From: a virus
IMG/VR virus record: IMGVR_UViG_3300028030_000007
Coordinates: 1-64,000 of that record
Length of the DNA: 64,000 nt
Direction: 5' to 3' (one strand)
The position numbers were made by a program, and so were the translations under genes. The notes beneath the pieces were generated by a model. The model saw only the letters and a list, made by a program, of their open reading frames with translations. It ran no database searches and was not told where the DNA came from. Positions 49,484 to 58,734 of this stretch are shown one piece after another (the first letter of the stretch is position 1; each line of letters opens with the position of its first letter).

Positions 49484-50763
49484 AGAAAAACTACGTGATC
49501 GATACTAACGTTCTTATTCATGACCCTGACTGTATATACAAATTTGAAGATAATAACGTATACATACCGATATACGTTATTGAAGAAGTAGATAATTTCA
49601 AAAAAGAGTCTTCTGAGAGAGGAAGAAATGCAAGAAGGGTAATACGGATCATAGATGGTATGTTATCATCGAATGATAGACTAGAAAACGTTAGTATAAA
49701 TGATGGACAACTTTTCCTTTATGTTCCTGATTTTCTAAATTTCGATACAAAGGTTGCTGTAGACAGTAATAAATATGACTATAGAATATTACAAACTGCT
49801 ATTGAAATAAAACAAAAATCAGATTTGAAAACCATAATGGTATCTATGGACGCTAATCTAAGGGTTAGAGCCCAAGCTATGAAACTTCCATCACAGAATT
49901 ATAAAAATAACTCTGTTAGTGTGAATTCAATAAAGAAAGATTATGAAATACACTATGTTGATGATAATACAATAGATCTTCTTTACTCAAAACAAACAGT
50001 TAACATTCCCTCATTGCAATTAAAAAACAATGAGTATGTAAAACTCATATCATCAGAAAACGGATCTAAAACGGTCCTTTGTAGAAATCTTCCTGGGGGA
50101 CAATTATCAAGAATACAAACAAGTTCCGAAATTTGTGGAATAAAACCACTTAATATGGAACAACATTTTGCACTTGACGCTTTGCTAGATCCGGCGGTAA
50201 ACTTTGTAACGCTGATAGGGAAAGCTGGAACAGGAAAGACGTTGTTGGCTCTAGCTGCAGCTTTTCAAGGTGTAAAAAGAAAGCAATATACATCAATACT
50301 CGTAGCACGACCGGTAATCCCTATGGGTAAAGATATAGGATACATACCGGGGGATATCAATGAAAAAATGCAGCCGTGGATGCAGCCTATTTATGATAAC
50401 ATTGACATATTATCTATGAATGATAATGAAGACTATAATTTGTATTTCAATGATGGAACGATAAAAATAGAGCCTCTTACCTATATAAGAGGTAGAAGTA
50501 TACCGAATCAATACATGATAATAGATGAGTCACAGAATCTTACCCCTCATGAGGTAAAAACAATACTAACTAGGGCTGGTGATGGGACTAAAATAGTTCT
50601 TACCGGCGATCCAAATCAGATAGACAACCCATACATGGATTCAACATCAAACGGTCTTTCCGTTACGATGAAAAAGTTTTTAGGGAATGAAATATTTGCT
50701 AGTGTCGTTTTGCATAAGAGTGAAAGAAGTAAACTAGCCGATATTGCCGCTTCCATTCTCTAA
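49480..50763 (+). CDS. phoH: PIN-PhoH (PhoH2-type) protein
   Basis: PIN: YVIDTNVLIHDP..IEEVD..D..IL..D.NLR; PhoH: GKAGTGKT, RGRS, IIDESQN, TRAG..TKIVLTGDPNQID, ERS.LA. Confidence 0.93.
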   Translation: MKKNYVIDTNVLIHDPDCIYKFEDNNVYIPIYVIEEVDNFKKESSERGRNARRVIRIIDGMLSSNDRLENVSINDGQLFLYVPDFLNFDTKVAVDSNKYDYRILQTAIEIKQKSDLKTIMVSMDANLRVRAQAMKLPSQNYKNNSVSVNSIKKDYEIHYVDDNTIDLLYSKQTVNIPSLQLKNNEYVKLISSENGSKTVLCRNLPGGQLSRIQTSSEICGIKPLNMEQHFALDALLDPAVNFVTLIGKAGTGKTLLALAAAFQGVKRKQYTSILVARPVIPMGKDIGYIPGDINEKMQPWMQPIYDNIDILSMNDNEDYNLYFNDGTIKIEPLTYIRGRSIPNQYMIIDESQNLTPHEVKTILTRAGDGTKIVLTGDPNQIDNPYMDSTSNGLSVTMKKFLGNEIFASVVLHKSERSKLADIAASIL

Positions 50764-51066
50764 CTTTTTTAGTATGATGTCTATAGCGTTGTCTGGTGAT
50801 ATAAGCATAACATTTGTCTCTATGTTCCCATTTTCTCTTAGCATATGACTCACAGATTCTATCTTTAGTTTAATTATTATATTTTCATCTATGCTTATAT
50901 TCTTTGGATGTTTCTCATTTATGAACGCTAACATTTTCTTGTCATCTGTTTTAAACTCCGTGTAAAAATCTTCACCGATGTGTACGTTATATAGATCCTT
51001 CACTGTCCATGAAAGCCCATTCACTATCGTACCGTTTGTATAACACACGTTTACAGTAGTTTCCAT
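50734..51066 (-). CDS. Hypothetical protein
   Basis: 110-aa ORF filling the gap between phoH and the spike gene. Confidence 0.5.
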   Translation of the reverse strand: METTVNVCYTNGTIVNGLSWTVKDLYNVHIGEDFYTEFKTDDKKMLAFINEKHPKNISIDENIIIKLKIESVSHMLRENGNIETNVMLISPDNAIDIILKKLENGSGNIG

Positions 51067-51148
51067 TTTTAACCGACCTAACTAAAAAATTATTATTCAA
51101 AGTTACTATACATTAGTTATGATGTGTGTACAGTAGGGTAAGTATATC

Positions 51149-53347
51149 ATGAATGACGCACCGTTTATTGTAACAGATGACTTTGAATTATACGACAGAT
51201 TAAGTAATAACCCAAAGCAGTTCATAACAAGTGGTTTCATAACGTATATAGATAATGAAACCATGAAATGTTCTGTACGAATGGATGACAATAATGAGTA
51301 TATAGGTGTTCCAATATACATGTCCGGGGCTGGTCCTAGGTCTCAGTTTACTTTGATGCCAGAATTGGGGTCTAAGGTACTCGTTGGATGGAAACAGTCA
51401 GGAAGACGCCTTGTCGAGCCAGTAATACTAGGTTATGTGAATACCGGTATTTATCAATCTAAAGATTTTAAACCATTTTCTGTCGGATCACCTGAAGAAA
51501 TTAAAAATATACTGAATGAATTCCCTGATTTAGGTGACATAGGTGCTTTGAACCTAGGTGTTACTCGTCTAAAATCTAAAAAAGTAAACTCCGGTGACGT
51601 GTTAGCACTGTCGTCGAAGGGGTCAGATCTTACGTTAGACAAAAATTTCTATTTGTCATCCAGAGACGGGCAAGAGATTTTCACAACAGACGATTCTGTA
51701 ATTCATCGGATTAAAAATACGTTCGTTTCTGGATCTCATGGATATGAACGAAAGGGAATTATAAAAAGGTCCGGGTTTAATCTACCACCCGATTTAATAA
51801 TGTCTGGTCAGGAGACCGATGGAGAGATTAACGGAAAAGATATCGAAGATTATATAAATGAAAATATAGACGGTAATGGTGAGTTTAATGTAAAAAAGAT
51901 TGATATAAACTCTCCGGCATTCAGGAAACTCTCCCAATTTGGTTTAGTGGATACTGAGGGAAATGTACTAATAGATTATGATAAAGAGCACAAATCATAT
52001 CCATATGTTACAACTCCGTCAGGAAATCGAGTATCATATGTTCATAATATGTTCCCAGATTCTGAGTATGATGATACTAAAGAAATGTATGTGGAGAATA
52101 GGCTAGAACTATTTCATACAGATGACGGTTCCCTGAAAGTCAACGAAGAGACTGACGGATTTCAAATTGACCATCCCCTGCAACGTGTGTTTATAACAGA
52201 TGTGGTAGGCACGGTAGTCGGAAACGACGCTTATTCAAAACAAGGGAGACAACTTTATAAGAAAATATTGTCGGCTTCACTTTTCACTGATCCCAGTGGA
52301 TGGGTTAGCCCTGATAAAAAACCGGCGTTGGAACCGATTGACATGATACACCACAAAAGTTGGTGTGATTCAACCGCATTAGCTAAATACTTTAGTATAA
52401 AAGCTCCGGAAGATTCATCAAATGAATATGTGTTTGGTGTTACAAAAGAGGGTAGGGTATTCCTTCACGTTCCAAAAAGTAAAACAGGGAACGTGGATCA
52501 GATAGGCAAATCCGTTGATATGACAGTTTCCGGGCTCATTAACGCGGTGATAGGAAGTGATACAGACGGTAAATCACTTCGAATGAAAACGTCAGGTGGT
52601 ATGGAACTTGACATAGGAACGTTTAAAGACGATGAAAATAAAAACATCTCTCTTGACGTTAAGCTTAGGGGAAGGGTAAATTTAGCCTATCTTGGGGCGG
52701 AAGCTGTAGAAACCACATACGGCGGTGATAACGTAAACAGCGTCGCTGGTAGAAGTGCTAACATTGTTGGTGGCGATAGCATAAACATAACATCAGCAAG
52801 ACATGTGATTCAAGCTGAAAGAATAGAAAATAACGCCAGTAGTATGGCTTCCATGATCGGCGGATCTACGCATTTAACGGTGCTTGGCAATGCAAATCAA
52901 TACTACGGTATGCAAAAATCAACGACTTTAGCGTTAGGTCGTTCAGAAAAAATGCTAACTGGAACAGACTCTCAGATAATACTTGCCGGTGCAAAATCAC
53001 TTAATATGATAAGTGGGTCATTCTCAGAAAACATAGCCGCAGGGTCTAAAACAGTTAATGTTGGAACTGGTAATTTTTCAGCTACAGTAGGAGCTGGTAA
53101 TCTGTCGATGACAGTAGGAGCCGGGTCACTTTCCCTTTCAACTGGTGGAGGATCTTCAAGTATACAATCTGCAATTATGACAAACGTAACAAGCGGAGCA
53201 GTAACAAACATAACATCGCCGCTTGTTAGAATAGGAATGGTAGGATCGTTTGGATCTGTTTCTGGCATCCCAGGCCCTCCTGGTCCACATATTGATTATG
53301 TAACTGGAGTTCCAATAATGGGTATGTCAACAATACTCGTTGGTTAG
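51149..53347 (+). CDS. Baseplate central spike (gpV/gp5-like)
   Basis: N-terminal OB-fold (GFITYID...MPELGSKVLVGW); C-terminal beta-helix repeats (VGTGNFSATVGAGNLSMTVGAG). Confidence 0.72.
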   Translation: MNDAPFIVTDDFELYDRLSNNPKQFITSGFITYIDNETMKCSVRMDDNNEYIGVPIYMSGAGPRSQFTLMPELGSKVLVGWKQSGRRLVEPVILGYVNTGIYQSKDFKPFSVGSPEEIKNILNEFPDLGDIGALNLGVTRLKSKKVNSGDVLALSSKGSDLTLDKNFYLSSRDGQEIFTTDDSVIHRIKNTFVSGSHGYERKGIIKRSGFNLPPDLIMSGQETDGEINGKDIEDYINENIDGNGEFNVKKIDINSPAFRKLSQFGLVDTEGNVLIDYDKEHKSYPYVTTPSGNRVSYVHNMFPDSEYDDTKEMYVENRLELFHTDDGSLKVNEETDGFQIDHPLQRVFITDVVGTVVGNDAYSKQGRQLYKKILSASLFTDPSGWVSPDKKPALEPIDMIHHKSWCDSTALAKYFSIKAPEDSSNEYVFGVTKEGRVFLHVPKSKTGNVDQIGKSVDMTVSGLINAVIGSDTDGKSLRMKTSGGMELDIGTFKDDENKNISLDVKLRGRVNLAYLGAEAVETTYGGDNVNSVAGRSANIVGGDSINITSARHVIQAERIENNASSMASMIGGSTHLTVLGNANQYYGMQKSTTLALGRSEKMLTGTDSQIILAGAKSLNMISGSFSENIAAGSKTVNVGTGNFSATVGAGNLSMTVGAGSLSLSTGGGSSSIQSAIMTNVTSGAVTNITSPLVRIGMVGSFGSVSGIPGPPGPHIDYVTGVPIMGMSTILVG

Positions 53348-53354
53348 AATAAAT

Positions 53355-53936
53355 ATGCCGATTAGCCTTCCAACATTTGTTTCTTCATTTGAAACATCAT
53401 TAAGATCTAGTGGACTTAATGGTTCAATGATTTCACAAATGTCTACTGCATTAGGTAGTGGTATGGCATCTATTATGGCAACGTCTGTTCAAGTATCTAC
53501 CGTCGATGCAGGAACTAGTGGTGTTGGGACCGGTTATATGGTGGGAATAATAACAACAAAGAAAACAGATTATACACAAATGGTATCAAACCTTCATTCA
53601 AATGGAGTGAGTGGATCGTACGCTAATAATCTAGCTAATGCATTGAGTGATGGTGTATTAAAAAATTTACTTTCTTGCGCTGTTAGTACTACGCATCCTA
53701 TTGTTGGTAGTGGAAGTGGCACTGTTAAATTTACTATGAATCCACTGCAGGCGTTACCAATACTTCAGCAGTCTATGGCTAGTAGTGGTATTAATGGTGA
53801 AAGTTCAATGAAAATTGCTAACGCTTTTGTTTTCTCTCTCAGTTCCATACTGAGTTTAACCTCTATGATCATTCCAATAGTTGGTCCAACCGGTGGCGTT
53901 TCGTTTACTGGAATTGGTAGTGGAAAAATAGTATGA
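53355..53936 (+). CDS. Spike-associated structural protein with three internal repeats
   Basis: G/S-rich; three S.G..G....A.A...G.GSG units; ATG 53355 preferred. Confidence 0.5.
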   Translation: MPISLPTFVSSFETSLRSSGLNGSMISQMSTALGSGMASIMATSVQVSTVDAGTSGVGTGYMVGIITTKKTDYTQMVSNLHSNGVSGSYANNLANALSDGVLKNLLSCAVSTTHPIVGSGSGTVKFTMNPLQALPILQQSMASSGINGESSMKIANAFVFSLSSILSLTSMIIPIVGPTGGVSFTGIGSGKIV

Positions 53937-56900
53937 AATTACTTGATGGAATAAGATACGGTGACTATAACAATGTTAATACATTTCCACCAAATGTGGA
54001 AAAATATGCGACAATAAATGAACAACAACAATACTTGATGGTCGTTGATGGGCCTGATAAAAATTATGATATAGGATCTGAAAATTTAAGATTCCTGATC
54101 TCAAAGTCAAACTTCAAGTATGAAAATTCGTCCGGTCGTTGGGTTGTAAACGCCGGTATATTTGAAGAAACTAACAGTAAATTCGCTGACGTTGGTAAGG
54201 ACCTAACATTAGACCCGATACCACCTGATGGGTCTTATCCAATAGTTAAATTTTGCAATGAACTAGGTCTAACTCCTGTTCAAATGACAGATGAAACGTT
54301 GTCTAAACCATCAAGCGGAAAAGTTGCGTGGTCAGTAGATTCAGGGAAAATCTTACTTAATGACGATGACGTTTCTAAACATGAAGGAAAACAGATATCG
54401 TACGACGGTTATTATGATGACATAATGTCATTTGCTAGGAGCAAGATACAACACCCAGAGACTGACGCTAGTGTTGTATTTGATAAGATAAATAAATCTA
54501 TATATGTGTTTGGAGTAAAGTCTGGATCACCGAATTACTATTTTATGACAGAGTGGAAAGATGATCACAATCCACCAAAAGATTATGCATACATAGATCC
54601 AGATACTGGCGCGTTGTACATAAACCAGGATAGCGTTTCACAACTAAAATCCGATGGATATGACATATACTATGTTATAGCATCACTTAAAATTGATGGA
54701 GCTATAACTTACTTTTATAGAAGTTCAAACAATACAAACGGTGAACCTGAGGTTCCCGATTTCACTATGATAACGAGCTTCACCGATGAAATGATCGTAA
54801 GTGAACTCATTCCATCACATACTGTAAGTCTTAGCCCTGTTCCATTGACATACAGCTTAACGGTAGAAATAAAAGACAATCCGAATAACAATAATGATTA
54901 TACCGGGCAACTTTCTAGTGCTTACAATCCGAAATACAGGTATAATTATGTGATTGATTGTTTAACGTCACAGCTTAGCATGTATGAAAACAAAAAGATG
55001 CTAAAAGTGATGGAGAAAGACTCGCCATTCATAAACTTAGATGATTCGTATTTGTTTGGATATAACTCATATGTAAAGAAAAACGGTCAATTCCTGGTAA
55101 GTGATCAAGATTATTTTTTGAACGCTCAAGCCGGAATAATTGAGTTTATAAAACCGATGGGTGTCGGTAGTGCTTACTCACACATGGATGAGAAAGCATA
55201 TTTTAATGGAACAATACTATCATTAGACAATATAGTATTTACTGATAGTTATGTTGGATACTATGTTAGAAATGGATCTGAATATTATAAAATACTGTCT
55301 GTTACTAATGGACTAGCTACTATAGACTCTAACGTTACCAGCGGGGAAGCTACAGTAGATATAATAGACGGTTATGAAGTATCAGTTGAAAACGTTTTAT
55401 ATAAATTAAACTCAATACCTAAAAAATTCAATATGGTCATTGAAAACTCTGGTAACTCACTTGTTGTTGAGTGGTCAGACATAACGGTGAATGCTCAAGC
55501 CGGGCAAATAATGTTATCATTTAGGCTAAAACCCGGTGATAAAGTAACTACAACATATACTTATGTTGAAAGTGACGGATCCGAACACACAACAACAGAA
55601 GTCGCTGAGTGGGAAAATAGTGAAGTCGCCTCGATTTCTAACGGAATAATAACATTCAATGAGCATGGAAATGAACTTGTACACACGTCAATAGACGTGT
55701 ACGTTGGTGGCAGAGAATACGTATCGGGAATATTAATTAAAGACAATAGTCACATACAACTGTTGGAAAAAGTTGACGAAAGTAAAAATATAAGGATTAG
55801 ATACAGCACGTATCAATCCAATGGCGGTCAAGGTGTTGTTCAATTACAAAATGAAAACGTTTTAGTCGATGAACTTAAAACAAACAAAAATACGAATAAA
55901 ATAGTCCTGAACGGTAAATATGATATACCTAATAATGCAGCAATATTGATAGATAATATGGAATGCATAATTGAAACAGCGTCATCATATGACTCCAGCA
56001 ATGATGAAACAACAATATACATGGCACGAAATCCAACGATAGAATCTGACAACATTATGGTGTCGGATTCTAAGATTGTGTTTGACGGGGTAGTCGATGA
56101 ATCTCTCGTTGAATCAATAGCTAAAAACTCAAACTCAGTCAGTCTAACTGGACAGTTTGACATACCGCCGAATTCAATAATAACTGTTGGTGGTGACTCG
56201 TACATCGTATCTCATTCAGAGTTCGCAGATGGAAAAACCAAGGTAACTGTCAAACAATCATTCATAAAAAGCTACGTGGTATCTTCCTTGCTCTTTACGA
56301 CTCTTCCGGTATATCAGGAAGGTGACAGTGTTCTGAAGCCAGGAAAACCCATCCACGGGCCTTCAGGACTATATGTTATAAGAAATGGTCAAAAACTACC
56401 ATCATCTGATTATTCATACTCAGACAGTAGTGATGTTACTCTGAATAGTCCAATAGGGAAGGGTGACAAGATACAACTTCTTTATGCATACCATAACATG
56501 CAACACGCAGGAGACATGTTTGAAGTTGATTATCTTTATGGAATTATACCATCAAATGACAATGAGATACTAGGTCAATCCCTTGTGATGACGTTTGATG
56601 TTTATTCACCGGACACATTCTTTTATAGAACTATAGAAGACGAAAAATTTAAGCCAGATGTCATAAGTTTTATAAATTCACTCTCACCTAGTAGAACAGC
56701 AACCGGACCCGTTGTGATGAAGTCATCCTCGGTATCAAATTATGATAGTGGAATACCGGGGTTTTATTACAATCTAAAATTTTTGAATAATTGTGACTAT
56801 TTTGTGGGAACGGCACTACTTTACTATTGTGACATTATAGACGTACTTGATAATATAGTATCCAACTGTGACGGAACAGTTGTTGGTGGGTCTGATGGGA

Positions 56901-58618
56901 AGTTTAGGTATGACGGTGAATACAGGGTAGCAGATACTATTAAAGATGTGAAAAATGATATAAACGATGATCTAAGGTATAAATTAACATCTTCAATATC
57001 ATCGATGACTCCATACACAATATCATATGAGTATGAATACAAACGAATGTATGAAACGTTTTCATACAGTAGAATTTATCCACAACTTGTTACTATTGAT
57101 TGTCCAATAAATGATAAAACAGGGAAAGATGACGCTGGGGAAATAATAGGATCAACCGGATACGCGAATGTTACTGACGTGTATGAACTCGTTGAATCAA
57201 GACCTAGAGTAATTTTCACTAGTACCGTTGAAACATCTGGTCAAACTAACATGTTTGTCTCATACGATGACAATGAGCCAATACTTCATATAAAATTTGG
57301 TGATGAAATAGATGTATATGATGGATATGGAAACAAGTTCAATAGTTATCCAGTTGTATATGCAGATGATGATCGTGTAATAATTAATGGTGTGTTACCA
57401 TTTACATCAGGATCTGTACAAAAGAAAACCATAACTCAAGATTATGTGATAGGCGCGAGTTATGTTATAAACTCCGAGACCGGTGAAATTAAAAATGCTT
57501 ATTGTAAAGGATGTGATTCATACTTCAAGGCCATAGATGAAAACTCAGTCGTTAAAGTGACTCTGGCGTTTAATAACTCTGACACATCACCACTCAGATT
57601 ACCGGCTTTGTTCAGTAGTCCCCATTGCGACGATGGAAATTTACCGGAACCGTTACTTTTCCGTGATAATGAAATTTCGTTCATTGAACAAGAAAAGTAC
57701 ACAATGAACAAGATTGGGTTTGGGAAAGTAGACTCTATAACAAATAAGATATATGACGCTAATGGAATGGTAGTAGCGGGTGATACGATAAAATTTGTAA
57801 ATGGTCCGAACTCAGGTCAGACAGCTAACGTGTTGTCAACGACTGGCTCTAGTTTTATTGTTGATAAGTACTTTTCAAATGCAGATCCTACCGGAAGTGA
57901 TTTCATTTTATCAGATTTAGTATACAAAGTGTTAGACAGTGAAATTGATATAATATCAACAAATACTTATTCTAGTGGGAACGTTGATCATCTAGCCTCA
58001 CAATTCCAACAATTTGATGATTTTGTTTCTAAAATTAGTGACATCGTAGCGTCCGGCTCATATACTGTAATAAGTTCGAATTCAATAGGAACAAATGGAG
58101 TTGGAGATGCGAAATCCGGTGACGTTCTATATATGAGAACTAACGGTGGTAGTAGATCCATCTATATGATAAAGGAAGTTAACGGAACGTCAATAACAAT
58201 TGATGGTAATCTAGACTTTCCTGTAGATGGAACATTTCAAGTGGCTCGTATGAGTATGATAACGTCAACGACGTTGATCGTTGCATTAAACGATTTCATG
58301 GTTTCTACATCAAACTTCCTTGATGATACGCAAGCGTGGAAGGCTTCTGTATCGTATAGTGGCATATCGGGTCGAATGATAAAATTCAATGAAAGAAGAT
58401 CTGATATCGAATCATTTCTGACTTCAATAAGACAAACGCTCAAACAACTCAATGAGGAGAGATATCTGTGGGTAAAACTAAAGACGGACAAACTGTCGGG
58501 AATAACAATACTGATAGGAAGAGAGGAAGAAAGTATAGACGACGCGATCAAAGAGCTGCAGCAAAATCAAAAAGTACAACTTTTAATGGAAAAAATGAGT
58601 GGTCTGACTGGAACATGA
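53933..58618 (+). CDS. Large baseplate/tail structural protein (1561 aa)
   Basis: Beta-rich with repeated Ig-like modules (DY.LNAQAG.I), helical C-terminus; baseplate cluster. Confidence 0.6.
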   Translation: MKLLDGIRYGDYNNVNTFPPNVEKYATINEQQQYLMVVDGPDKNYDIGSENLRFLISKSNFKYENSSGRWVVNAGIFEETNSKFADVGKDLTLDPIPPDGSYPIVKFCNELGLTPVQMTDETLSKPSSGKVAWSVDSGKILLNDDDVSKHEGKQISYDGYYDDIMSFARSKIQHPETDASVVFDKINKSIYVFGVKSGSPNYYFMTEWKDDHNPPKDYAYIDPDTGALYINQDSVSQLKSDGYDIYYVIASLKIDGAITYFYRSSNNTNGEPEVPDFTMITSFTDEMIVSELIPSHTVSLSPVPLTYSLTVEIKDNPNNNNDYTGQLSSAYNPKYRYNYVIDCLTSQLSMYENKKMLKVMEKDSPFINLDDSYLFGYNSYVKKNGQFLVSDQDYFLNAQAGIIEFIKPMGVGSAYSHMDEKAYFNGTILSLDNIVFTDSYVGYYVRNGSEYYKILSVTNGLATIDSNVTSGEATVDIIDGYEVSVENVLYKLNSIPKKFNMVIENSGNSLVVEWSDITVNAQAGQIMLSFRLKPGDKVTTTYTYVESDGSEHTTTEVAEWENSEVASISNGIITFNEHGNELVHTSIDVYVGGREYVSGILIKDNSHIQLLEKVDESKNIRIRYSTYQSNGGQGVVQLQNENVLVDELKTNKNTNKIVLNGKYDIPNNAAILIDNMECIIETASSYDSSNDETTIYMARNPTIESDNIMVSDSKIVFDGVVDESLVESIAKNSNSVSLTGQFDIPPNSIITVGGDSYIVSHSEFADGKTKVTVKQSFIKSYVVSSLLFTTLPVYQEGDSVLKPGKPIHGPSGLYVIRNGQKLPSSDYSYSDSSDVTLNSPIGKGDKIQLLYAYHNMQHAGDMFEVDYLYGIIPSNDNEILGQSLVMTFDVYSPDTFFYRTIEDEKFKPDVISFINSLSPSRTATGPVVMKSSSVSNYDSGIPGFYYNLKFLNNCDYFVGTALLYYCDIIDVLDNIVSNCDGTVVGGSDGKFRYDGEYRVADTIKDVKNDINDDLRYKLTSSISSMTPYTISYEYEYKRMYETFSYSRIYPQLVTIDCPINDKTGKDDAGEIIGSTGYANVTDVYELVESRPRVIFTSTVETSGQTNMFVSYDDNEPILHIKFGDEIDVYDGYGNKFNSYPVVYADDDRVIINGVLPFTSGSVQKKTITQDYVIGASYVINSETGEIKNAYCKGCDSYFKAIDENSVVKVTLAFNNSDTSPLRLPALFSSPHCDDGNLPEPLLFRDNEISFIEQEKYTMNKIGFGKVDSITNKIYDANGMVVAGDTIKFVNGPNSGQTANVLSTTGSSFIVDKYFSNADPTGSDFILSDLVYKVLDSEIDIISTNTYSSGNVDHLASQFQQFDDFVSKISDIVASGSYTVISSNSIGTNGVGDAKSGDVLYMRTNGGSRSIYMIKEVNGTSITIDGNLDFPVDGTFQVARMSMITSTTLIVALNDFMVSTSNFLDDTQAWKASVSYSGISGRMIKFNERRSDIESFLTSIRQTLKQLNEERYLWVKLKTDKLSGITILIGREEESIDDAIKELQQNQKVQLLMEKMSGLTGT

Positions 58619-58734
58619 GAAATGATGATTTTGTACAAAAGCTCAAGAATCTAAAAGGTATACTTGAAGCGTCTATGGAGAAGGAAAAGAAAAAAGTAAG
58701 AATCATACAACAAAAAATAGAAAAGTATAAATAA
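58615..58734 (+). CDS. Small coiled-coil protein (39 aa)
   Basis: ATGA overlap with the upstream gene; its stop directly precedes ATG 58735; MRNDDFVQKLKNLKGILEASMEKEKKK. Confidence 0.5.
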   Translation: MRNDDFVQKLKNLKGILEASMEKEKKKVRIIQQKIEKYK

